Source: Adineta vaga (taxonomy: Eukaryota; Animalia; Rotifera). Taken from it: a DNA stretch of 64,000 nt. Of the stretch, positions 13,204 through 24,726 are shown in pieces. The stretch lies in NCBI GenBank assembly GCA_021613535.1, contig CP075493.1:17112001-17176000 (forward strand), given 5' to 3'. The notes under the pieces were generated by a model. That model made no database searches. It saw only the letters and a list, made by a program, of their open reading frames with translations, and was not told the origin of the DNA. The translations under genes were made by a program, and so were the position numbers. Each line of letters starts with the position of its first letter. Position 1 is the first letter of the stretch.

Positions 13204-16200
13204 TTAATGTGTTCGACGTTGCCATTTCTTAAAAGATTCTTTAAATGTTTTCATATAAAGATTCGAAGGTACAACAAAAATAATAAAGATAAGTATTGAT
13301 GGCATAAATGATATAAAATAAGCACTAAGATATAACCATAAATTTTCTGATGCATTAACACATCCAGGAAGTAATGAAATAATCAAACGTGGAATTGATA
13401 AAGCAAGTAAAATCATCGGACTAATAATTAATTGTTTATGTTCTTTAAATTGCTCACGAATATGTGATTTTATATTTTGATTATTTTTCGTTTTAGATCG
13501 TTGTCGAGCACCTCGAAAAATAATGAATAAAGCTGAAAAAAGATTAGCAATAAATGGACCAATAAGATGAATAAATAGAATAACTGTATTATAATTTTGA
13601 ACAGGAAGAGAATAACCAGTTACACACCGGATATATCGTTTTGTATTAATAACTATTTCAGTTTCATTTATAAATGTTTCATTTCTTGAAATTTCATATG
13701 AAAATATATTTCGATAAATGAATTCATGAATAAGAGTGAACATAATAGATATTGGTAAAATTAGAATTATCCATCGAGCAACAATTTTACTTTTCTGTTT
13801 ATTAAAATTGATTCCTTTAAAAACAAGAAATGCTCGTTCAATAGCAATACAACCATTTAACCAACCATCAAAATAAAGCAATAATTTAAGAATAGGTTCA
13901 ATTGATTTACAACCACCTTGATGAATAGAAAAACTAATGAAATTATTGATTTGAGTTAATATAACAAACCAAAATTTGATAAAGAACATTGAAATTGTTA
14001 GAAAAGAAGTAATAGATGATGCAAGAAGATATAATCCACATCCAACTTGTTGTGTTTCTTTATTTTGAAATGTAATAAATGAAAAAATACTATTAATTAA
14101 TCCTCCAATAAACATAAGAATTGTTAAACCAGCACTTAGTTTAATTGAAACAATTTGTTGATCTAATGTAGAATTTTTTTTAAGTTCTTCATATAAAATA
14201 TCATCTAATGTTAAACCAATACTTTTATAATGAAGATTACATTGATCACCAATAACACAATATTTACTATGCGAATCTAAAATAAAAAGATTGTGTGTAT
14301 AGAATTGAATTTCTTTACTTACTAGAACGTTTAACAGTAACATTTGTATGATTTAATCCAGATATGAAAAGAGAAAATTTTCCAGTTGTATATGAATCAA
14401 ATGTTGTTATAATTAATATATATCGAATATTGATTTTTAAATTAACAATAAATTTCAATTGTTCTTGATTACATGTTCCATTGTGTTCAAATAATAAATT
14501 GACTGATGGTTTCAATAGATCAAAATTATCTTTATAGATATAACCATATGTATGAATTATACTATCAACCCAAATAATATAAGATTCATTTGTATTTACA
14601 TTAATTTCAAATGCTTCATAATAACATTTTGGTTTTTGACAATCTCGATAATACATTGGACTATTTGTTGTTAATTCAGATGAATAATTAAAAAGAATAT
14701 TTATTGGAGTACCTATTGAATAACAAAAAACAGAATTACATGATTAGATTAGTTTTTGTAGAAATATGGGAATCTGATTTAATTTTATAATACTATAAAG
14801 ATTCTCATAAGATTTATTTCTAAAACATTATAATCCTGACTGTGATATATTTCTGTCGATTTTTATTATTCATACCAAAAACTCATTCTAAGATGACTTG
14901 ATAACATTTTTCTTCGACACGAAATGTAATATTATTAAAAAAAATATATAAAGATCATATTTTAAAATTTCACTGAGAAGTTATCTCTAAAACTTTTAGA
15001 GATTTTCATGAAATAAATATCATTACTTACTCAAACGATTAACAATAACGTTGTTTAAACTCAACATTTTCATTTCGATGTTGCCAATGATTAACGAAGA
15101 GTATGTTGTAATAACCAATATATATATAATATCATCATAAAGAGGAAGTGCAAGTTTAAATTGACGATTAGATTCTCCATCATCATCTTTAATAAGAAGA
15201 TTTTCATTTGGATTAAGTGGATCAAAGCTATTTTCATAGATATAACCATATGTATCAAGATGAGAATCACTCCATATTGAATAATAACGATTTTCAGGTA
15301 CTTTGATTTGAAATGATTCATAATAATAACGTTCTCTATTACAATCTCGAGAATACACCTGACTACTTTCCGTCAATACTATTGAATTTGTCCATTGAAC
15401 AACTGATGACATATCTAGTAAATAAATAACAAAATAAATTTAAATTTATTATGTATTAAATCTACTTCGATAAAATATCTGGTGAGTAATATTTACTTTA
15501 CTTAATTATGAACATTTTAATAGAAAAAAATTAAAGATTTTACGTATCTCTCGTTCATCATTGAAATATACGTAATAAAAGTTAGCAGCGGATTCGAGTA
15601 TTTCCTGCTGACATTTGCTTGTGGACTTATTGTGATGAGTCTATAATTGGTTGTGATGGATGTAGAATTAAAGTCTGCATCGAATGGTATACTTTTCATT
15701 AGAGTTTGTCGGAGGGAAAGGGGCGCGAGCGAAGGGATCAACCCATATCCCAGTATTTGGGCCAACCTCTCCCTTTCCCCTTTTTCCTCTGACAACCCCT
15801 GTGAGAAAGTATACCATTCGATGCAGACTTTAATTCTACATCCATCACAACCAATTATAGACTCATCACAATAAGTCCACAAGCGAATATCAGCAAGAAA
15901 AACTCGAATCCACTGCTAACTTTATTACGTTTGAAATATATATAATTTTAATATTTAATGAAAGCAATTTTTCTTTTATTTCCTCGACTGTATGGAGGAA
16001 GGGCCCTGTTAAAAATATAGTTTGTTTGTAAATTTTTGGCAGAATCTAAGGTAGGAAAAACATCAGTGAATACTCGTTTGAAATCATCTTGAGGGATTAA
16101 GGACCTGAATATTGAGTGAAACTGATTTTAGAAGAGAAATTGAGTATTTTGTTTTGAAATTTAATAAATATTTGAATTGTTTCCTCGTATATAAAGTTGC

Positions 16201-18186
16201 TAGATCAATTCGTCTCACTATTGTTACACGCAGAAAGAAATTGTCCTCCACAGTCGAAGATGAAGTGAGTCGACACGACGAACGTTACGTACGAATTATA
16301 GATACGAAATATGATTAATTATTTTTATTAAAACTTACCACAAGAACGTTTCGAATATTGAAATTTTTGTATTCGATTATTTCCTGAATCTACAACAAAC
16401 ATATTTCCAAAACTATCAAAAGCAAGATTAGATGGAAATAATAATTGATTAGATTTAATATTAATTCCATGACATCCAATGATACAACGAATATCATTTG
16501 GCCCTGATCGAATAATACGATGATTATTTGAATCAACAATAAATAAAAATTGTCGAGCATCGAATGTAATTGCAGTTGGACATGAAAGTGAATATTGATT
16601 CCGTCCTCCCACTTGTGTAATACCATTTATTTCACCAGATAAAAATCGTTGAATTCGATTATTTCCACAATCTGCTATATATGTATCGAATTTTTTATTA
16701 ACAAATATTCCATGAGGATGATCAAGTTGATTAGATGTTGATCCTTTGATACCTTTTCCAGCTACGGTAATCCATATCATGATATTCTCATGAAGATTTC
16801 CTTTGATAACTCGATGATGTTTGAGCATTGAACAATATAAATAATCATTTGTATCAATAAATAAACTAATACAAGATGAAAAAACATTCATTGCATCAAC
16901 AAATATATTTGTATTGAATATCCATTTTTTTACTTGACTTTCAATTCCATTATCAATATAAATGTCACCATTTGACATAACAAAAAGAGAAGATGAATTA
17001 GAAAAATCAGTTGTGATAATTAGTGATGAATTAATAACATCTTGATGCCAAATTAAAACTTGTTTTTTCTCTCGATTAATTGTATAAATTGAATTATTTT
17101 TATTGATAAAGATCGTCGATGGATTCATACCAAGTGTAAATTGATTAGCAAAAGTTATTCCAATTCGATTCCAAACTGGTGTTGCACAAAACTTTGGTTG
17201 ATTCAATGGAAAATCTATAAAGATTGAGTTATGATCAACAAGTTTTATCTCTTTTTTCACCTAAATTAAATCTTAAATCAACTTATACTTACCACAAGAG
17301 TTTTCGATAAATTCAAATTTTTGAAGACGATGATTAAATTCACTATAATCAATTAGAAACATATTTCCGAAACTATCAAAAGTCATAGTAATTGGCTCAT
17401 TCAATTGATTAGATTGAGTACCTCCTCCATAACATCCGACTAAACATCGAAAACCATCAGTTTCTTTTCTAATGATACGATGATTTCCAGAATCAACAAT
17501 AAACAAATATTTATTAACATCTAAGACAATTCCACTAGGGTAATGAAGTGAAATAACTGAATCTGTTAAATCGCTTCCTGCAACTGTAATGGCATTTTTT
17601 TCGCCCAAGTGAAATAACTGAATTCGATGATTATTCGTATCTGCTACAAATAAATCCAAATTTATGTCAACGAAAATTCCTTGAGGTTCACTAAGTTCAT
17701 TAGAAGCAGATCCTTCGGTGCCTATTCCGGCAATAGTGATTGGTATCAGTGAAGAACTCTTCACATCTCTTTTTACCACTTTATGATCTTTATCCATTGA
17801 ACAATATACATTGTTATTAATATCGACAAAGAGACGATAACAAGACGAATTTACAATCATAACAGTCTCAACAACGTTTTTCGCTGGAATCAATTTATTA
17901 ATTTTTTTATTCCGATAATCTTCGTCAATATAAATATCACCATTTGATGTTACAAACAGAGAGGTAGAAAATGAAAAGTCGCCTGGAATTATATGTGTTG
18001 GTTTAGGACTATTATTAAGCCATATTATAATATACATTTTTCTTTGATTAATGAGATAGATTGTATTGTTTTTATCGATAAAAATGTTTCGAACGAATTC
18101 TCCAACAATTGATTCATCAGCAAAAGTGATTCCGATACGATTCCACGTTGCAGCTGAAGATAAATTCGGTTGATTAAATGGAAGAG
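13204..18186 (-). CDS. NHL-repeat (two propellers) + two beta-sandwich repeats + rhodopsin-like 7TM receptor; 5' exon(s) not located
   Basis: Exons ~18186-17293 and ~17214-16339 (NHL: PQGIFVD...VADTNNHRIQ), ~15414-15031 and ~14712-14323 (repeat YYESFQI...DTYGYIY...F), 14276-13204 (seven hydrophobic helices, GCGLYLLASS, CIAIERA). Confidence 0.8.
15570..15930. mobile_element. Mutator-like foldback MITE in an intron
   Basis: About 128-bp inverted arms (15570-15698 / 15802-15930); 9-bp TSD TTGAAATAT (15561-15569, 15931-15939). Confidence 0.85.
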
Positions 18187-18230
18187 CTAAAACACAATTT
18201 TGATGAATTGAAATGACAATTGATATTTCA

Positions 18231-18471
18231 CAGGGGCGTATCGAGCCACGTATAGTAGAAGGAACGCATAGGTTTGGGGAGAAAATATTACTATAGAAAC
18301 AGACTAGCACCTCTTTTTTTTTTGTTTTCAAAAACTATTTCAGGAATCTTCGAAAAAAATGAACATTTTTTTCTACTTTTGAGACTTAAAAACTGATTTT
18401 TCAGGGTGAAGGGTGGCGTAAACTCTCTTTTTCATGTTAATTTTCGGAAGCAAGGAAACATGACGCCTCTG
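18231..18471. mobile_element. Degenerate hAT-like MITE
   Basis: CAGGGGCGTA ... TGACGCCTCTG imperfect TIR; flanks ATATTTCA / ACATTTAA match at 6 of 8. Confidence 0.4.
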
Positions 18472-18699
18472 ACATTTAATAAATAATTTTTTTGTCTAAA
18501 ATGGCTCACGGACGATTCGTCGCATACGTAATTATTCATGTAAATGAACTTCTGTATTTTTTCTTAATTGACTTAGGTGAATTTATTCTTGTAATTAATG
18601 AATAAACATTGATTTTTTAAGTGACTCGATTATCTTTCGAACCTCAAATCCGATTTTCTAATAGGATTTGCAGAATATTGAGACAAAAGACTAATCTAA

Positions 18700-18892
18700 A
18701 GATTTAATATAGAAGATTCACACTGAACATTCGAAATCCATATTGCTCAAAACTCGTCAAGACCATGAACCAAAACCGAAGAAGACAACTTATCGAAAAC
18801 TCAACGAAGGAATTACACGTTTAGTGAGTGAGTACGGCACTATTGAGCTTGATGCATATTTGTAAAACTTAGCTGGAAATGTGTCAGTTTAG
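18700..18892 (+). pseudogene. C-terminal remnant of a MULE-type transposase
   Basis: Translates EPKPKKTTYRKLNEGITRLVSEYGTIELDAYL*NLAGNVSV*, resembling MULE C-termini; internal stop. Confidence 0.5.
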
Positions 18893-18993
18893 ATAGAATT
18901 CTTTTGTATCATTTTTTTTTTTGAATAAAATTATTTCTCATCGATAACTTGATGACCTTCTATCAGTTAAAATTTGTTTCACATACATGTTAA

Positions 18994-21056
18994 CACATTC
19001 ACCACGATTCATTTTTCTTGGAAAAATCTCCGAAATATCCACATCTCTCAAGAGTTAACTTCAGATAAATGCACTTAGTGACCTTTTTATTATCTTCCAC
19101 TGATTATTCATCGTCCTTTTCTTCATATCATCACATAATGAGTCATAACGAAATTTCCAGATTTTTCCTCCGTATTCTTATCTTTGTTATGTGATGTATA
19201 AAAGCGCTCAAAATTTCGAAATAGATAGGTCACATGTCGTTCGAAGAAACTGATACAGAAGAAAGCGCTACCTCACTAAGTGAAGTAAGCTCTTTAGGTG
19301 ATGATTTTGATGAAATGCAGCTTGAATCTGAAAGTTCCGACGAAGAAATGGCTGTTGACGAGGTGAATTCAAACATTTGGTACGAAATAGAACCAGAATC
19401 GGATGCAGAATTCATGGAAGATCATGGACTCGTCGATGAAGTAATTTCTGCTTCAGGAGATAATATAATCAACCCTATCGATTGCTATCGACATTTCATC
19501 ACGGACGAAATTATTAGCCTTATGGTTCGTGAAACTAATCGATATGCGGAGCAATACTTGCAAGTCCATGAGATTAGCAGACGGTCCAAATATCGTGAAT
19601 GGAAACCAACCACTGCTGAGGAAATGTTCAAGTTCTTTGGGATCATAATCGAGATGGGATTGGTACAAATGCCGCAAATGAATCACTACTGGAGCAATAG
19701 TCAATTGTACGGATCGGAGATTATTCGAAATGCTATGCCGAGAGAGAGATTCGAATTGCTCCTCAAGTTTTGGCATTTTTCGAATAACGATGACAAAGAT
19801 TCAAGTCAAGATAGGCTGTTCAAGTTGCAACCAATCTTGAATTTATTGAGAGCCAGGTTTTCGTCAGTATATATCCCGGATTCGGTTGTGACTATTGACG
19901 AAACTATGATACCCTGGCGAGGCAGACTTTTGTTCAAACAATTTATTCCTGGTAAAGCACATAAGTATGGCGTGAAGATGTACAAGCTAGCAGCTACGAA
20001 TGGATACACTTGGAGTTTCGTGATCTATACTGGCCAACAAGATTCCACGGCAGGACTTGGACATGCTCAAACAGTGGTAATGAATTTATTGGATGGTCTT
20101 GACGGATGCTATCGAACTGTCATAGCTGACAACTTCTTCACCGGCATCTCTCTTGCGAAACGTTTGTTAGAACATGATACGTATCTTATTGGAACACTGA
20201 GAAGTAATCGTGTTGGATCAGGAAGCGAAGTTGTTCAGAAAGAACTTGGACGCGGCGAAGTTTACGGACTACAGAACAAAGACGGCGTGAAACTAATTAA
20301 ATGGAAAGACAAGAAGGACGTTTTGATGATATCCACAAGGCCGTCGCATTCAGCAACTGTGGTGAATACTGGAAGTATCAATAGTAAAAATGAGCTAATC
20401 ATGAAGCCACAAGTAGTGCTAGATTATAATGAAGGAAGACAAGGTGCTGATTTGTCCGATCAACTATCAGCCTATTACACGTGTCTCAGGCGGTCAATAA
20501 AGTGGTATCGAAAGGTAGCATTTGAATTGGTTTTTGGTACAGCAATAGTAAATAGTTATTTGATATACAAGGAACACTACGCTGCAAACAAAACGACCAT
20601 TTTACAGTTTCGGGAAAGTCTTGTTCGATCTTTACTACTTGGCATGCCGTTCGAAAAGCTGAAGCCGGGTGTGAGACAGAAACAAACTGGCCAAGCAAAA
20701 CGTAAACTCGCCGATCATATGCTAGTAGAAAAAGAAGGACATGGTCGTGATATTCGAAGGCGTTGTGTTGGTTGCTATGAAAAAATCCGGCAACAACAAT
20801 CAAGAGAAGCAAGTAATGCAACAGCAAAGAAAATAAAAACTTTCTGTTCTGATTGTAATGCCTTTTTTTGTCTTGACTGCTTTAATGAAAAACATTATCC
20901 TTTGTAATAAATAACTCAAACAGCGGCAAGGCGAACTAGATGACACACTCCTTGATGTTTTCCATTGAACAACAAAGGAACAGAAACTGTTTTTCTATTA
21001 AGTTTCTTGTGAAGACCGAGCGGGTCCCACCGGTGGGACCCGTCGTGGTGAATGTG
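18994..21056 (+). mobile_element. piggyBac transposon 1, apparently intact
   Basis: TTAA TSD (18990-18993, 21057-21060); 14-bp TIR CACATTCACCACGA. Confidence 0.95.
19234..20907 (+). CDS. piggyBac transposase, 557 aa
   Basis: TIDETM, ADNFFT and GADLSDQ catalytic motifs; C-terminal Cys-rich domain; open frame. Confidence 0.95.
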   Translation: MSFEETDTEESATSLSEVSSLGDDFDEMQLESESSDEEMAVDEVNSNIWYEIEPESDAEFMEDHGLVDEVISASGDNIINPIDCYRHFITDEIISLMVRETNRYAEQYLQVHEISRRSKYREWKPTTAEEMFKFFGIIIEMGLVQMPQMNHYWSNSQLYGSEIIRNAMPRERFELLLKFWHFSNNDDKDSSQDRLFKLQPILNLLRARFSSVYIPDSVVTIDETMIPWRGRLLFKQFIPGKAHKYGVKMYKLAATNGYTWSFVIYTGQQDSTAGLGHAQTVVMNLLDGLDGCYRTVIADNFFTGISLAKRLLEHDTYLIGTLRSNRVGSGSEVVQKELGRGEVYGLQNKDGVKLIKWKDKKDVLMISTRPSHSATVVNTGSINSKNELIMKPQVVLDYNEGRQGADLSDQLSAYYTCLRRSIKWYRKVAFELVFGTAIVNSYLIYKEHYAANKTTILQFRESLVRSLLLGMPFEKLKPGVRQKQTGQAKRKLADHMLVEKEGHGRDIRRRCVGCYEKIRQQQSREASNATAKKIKTFCSDCNAFFCLDCFNEKHYPL

Positions 21057-21707
21057 TTAAAGATAAAACTGAAGAAAAAGATTGATTTTCTGATTATTTA
21101 GATGTGAGGGTGAGGGTGCGTTTACTAGCTACCATAACTAGCTTCGTACCGGCTAAAATTTAGTTTATTATATAATAGAAGGAATTAATTACAAGTTGTG
21201 TTGGATTTTCAATTCTACTTCTATTATAAACTACGTGGTGAATAGAAGGGAAAAGCATAAGGCAAGAGGAACACAGTCTAATGAATAAAGATAAGATGAA
21301 CGTGATTTGTGTGCATATAAATGTAATTCTGTTGATCGTGAGATTACACTTGTAATTGGACTATTGTGTCCGCCACTGATGGTGTCTGTGCTTAGGTCAG
21401 TGAAAGATGACGCTGTTGTTGAAAGTTCCGATCAGTCATAGTTGTGTTATCGTCTGGTGCTGCTGTTGGATGCTTTTTATTTCCTGAGGGTTCTAAAAAG
21501 AAAGTGTTTATTTTTTGGATTTCTGGTGATCGTCATGGTAAACACATACTTTGCTTGTTAACCCTTCACGGCTGTTCTCATTTTTGTGATTCGTGGTTGT
21601 TGTGGAATCCGCTTGGACCTACCAACAGAAAGATAGGAAAAACTAGTTTTTTCTCATTTCCATGTGGTCCGTTTGACTTATATGAATATATAGGCTACTT
21701 TTATATA

Positions 21708-23460
21708 CTGTCGGGGCCAAATTTTTTCCCCCCTACTGTTTTTCTTTGTTTTTGCACCTATACTTTATTTATTTTTTAATCCATTATATATGGTTAGAAA
21801 GCCCGAAAGAAACTGCATCTTCTGGTATATTTAGCTTGTATATCAAATAGAATTTAAAATATGAAATATACATCATAAGAAAAATTAACTTTTTTCTTTA
21901 CTACATTTTATATATTGTTTGCTATGTTACACTAATATCGATATTATAAAATGCACTCTGTGCTCTTTTCGTTTTTCTCTTTCTCTCTTTTTTTCTTCCC
22001 ATGTGCTTCTATACATATATATATATAAATGCATACAATAAGACTAATTTAAATTAAATCTACTTGTCATGACTCGTGAATATGATACATACACATGTCG
22101 ATTCAAGCACAAAGTCCTTGAAGAATATCTTCCTGGAATTTTCGGTTCTGGTTTTAAAGCATTAGCAAAACGTTTTAAAATTACAGGTGGTCACAAACTC
22201 ATCATGAAGTGGTATCAGCAATGGGATGGTACTATTGATTCATTGAAACCAAAACCTAAAGGTCATCGAGCTCGTACAATGACAGAACAAGAAGTTAATG
22301 ATTATATTGTAGAATTTGTTAAATCAAAAAATAACGAGCATGTACATATTAATTATAAGATGGTCCAAGCACATATTGAATCTGCATTGAAACGACACGT
22401 ACCCATACGTACAGTTAGACGATATGGTAAAGAACATGGTATAAAATGGAAAAAAACTCGTGAATTAACACTACGCGATGGTTAGTACATATTCAATTAA
22501 TAGTAATTTGATTATCTTACTCTTCTTCTTCATATGTGTTTCTAGTTGATAGTAACTTTTGAAACAAAGTTGGCCAGTTTCGACGAACATTTCAACGAGT
22601 TAATAAAAATCGATTAATATTTATTGATGAAATAGCGATTTATTCTGTTGCAATTCCTCGTAAAACACTAGTTTGTCCTGGTGAACAACCGTTAATCCTA
22701 GTTACACAACCATCAGCATATGCAAAACGATACGATTTTATTGGTGCTGTAAATGGATCCAAACCTATTGCGTGTATGACACTAACTCCTGAAGATCGTA
22801 ATTATCGAAAAATTAAAGGTGTTAGACAGGAGATAATAAGTGAATGGATCACTGATACATTAGCACCAGCAATTAATCAATTACAAATCGACAATATTTA
22901 TCTTATTTGCGATCGAAGTACTTCTCATAATGGAGTGAATATGATGGAGGCATTACGAGCTGGTCGATGTACTTCAGTTAAAGAGATTATTCATATGCCA
23001 ACGGCGTCCGCGAAATATTTATCACCATTGGATAATCCGCTCTGGCATTCATTCAGAGAAAGCATTCGAAATCAACATCCATTATCTCCAACTGATATAC
23101 CTTTATTACTGTCAAAAACTTTCTATTCATTATCTAAACAAGAAATAAAAAATGCTTATCGGAAGTGTAGCTTGATATATGGAAATAATGAATATTATGA
23201 CCGACCGTAACACTGTTTTTTTTTCATAAATTTTTCTATTAAATCTAGATGTTGATGTAGATTGTAGTAAAAAAAACCGTTACTTTTTCTTATAATGCAT
23301 ATTTCAAATTTTAAATTCTATTTGATATACAAGCTAAATATACCAGAAGATGCAGTTTCTTTCGGGCTTTCTAACCATATATAATGGATTAAAAAATAAA
23401 TAAAGTATAGGTGCAAAGACAAAGAAAAACAGTAGGGGGGAATTGAATTGGCCCCTACAG
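21708..23460 (+). mobile_element. Tc1/mariner/IS630-superfamily transposon with long TIRs
   Basis: About 190-bp imperfect TIRs starting CTGTCGGGGCCAA and ending TTGGCCCCTACAG; TA TSD. Confidence 0.9.
22069..23210 (+). pseudogene. DD39D transposase with one intron and a premature stop
   Basis: Exon 22069-22480, intron 22481-22546, exon to 23210; IFIDE, ICDRSTSH, YLSPLDN; in-frame TGA at 22560-22562. Confidence 0.85.
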
Positions 23461-23462
23461 TA

Positions 23463-24030
23463 TTATCACTATTACAAATAGCACAAGCTGTACTTTCACA
23501 ACAAGCATCAGCTTTGCAAGATGGTGGTACTGAAATGCAAAAGTTTAGAAATGTATATTTCAATTATTCAAATCAAATAATTAACTGAGGATGTAGATAT
23601 AGACGAGAGGGCACAATGATCTATCATAAGATGACTGTGTATTGACTTCTTTGTCAATAAGTACTAACAAATCCTATGCTATCTCTTTTATCTTGAAAGA
23701 TTTGCAGAACAATCACTCTCTATAGTTTACACATCTTATTTTCACCACAATCAATATCTGTTTCACCATTGTCTTATTTATTATTTGTACAAGTGTTTTC
23801 CAAAAATAAATCAAAATGATTAATTGATTTCTTTCTAATATTATCAATCACTCTTTGCAATGTAAAATTAAGCTGTCTGTATCAGTGAGAAACTCTACCT
23901 AGTTCGTTTTGTCGGAGAAACATATTGTTCTGTTTATCTGTGTCATAACTGACGAATATTTTGCAATAATTGCAACAAGTATCATAAACACTCTGACAAT
24001 GGTAGAATAACGTATTAGTTTGCTTCTGTT
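23463..24030 (-). pseudogene. Decayed Cys-rich exons
   Basis: Fragments TCTNNK*DNGETDIDCG and PPSCKADACCESTACAICNSD; stops; cut by the Tc1/mariner element. Confidence 0.4.
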
Positions 24031-24726
24031 CGTTACTGAGTAAGAATGTGAATGTATCTATCGATCAGAAAGGATGCTCATTCAACCTTAACACAGTGTT
24101 GTTTTGAAGAAACAAAAATATGTTTCTAAATCAATATGCAAATAAGATATTTGTCATTTTCAAAAAAGTCACAAGTAAATAACACAAACAACATTTCGAA
24201 TTCATCTCAAACTCATCAAAAAATACATAGTAAGTTTATTCATACATTTTATTAATCTATTCTTCTACAGAACCATTTTAAAATCATACATAATACATTC
24301 ATTGTGTATTTTCTTTTGAATATATAAAAAAATCACTGAAGAAAACCAGTGAATTATGATTGAATGAGCGCGTCTTATCAGGACTTTTTATTCTGCGATC
24401 TGATGTTTCTTTTTGTAACATTTTTGAATCATATAAACTTTATTGAAGAATGCTTATAAATAACAATAATAAAACGAATTTATATGGTAAACTAACACAT
24501 TTTTAGTACATTGAATGATACAATCAACAACAAAAATTATTCACTTGGTTTTTTCCTACTAAAATAATGATATTATTTTTTTTCTTCCTTACATGACACA
24601 CCATTATTGGAGGCGATGTAATGTATATTTAATGATTCTTTTCAATAAACGACTATAGTTTGTCTTACTAATTACCATCATTGAAACAATTTTTTCTTTT
24701 AGAATAAGTTGATACATAAAACTAGC

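Noticed and set aside
21240-21500. Possible retroelement 3' end or low-complexity exon
   Set aside because: No RT or endonuclease motif and no poly(A) or TSD.
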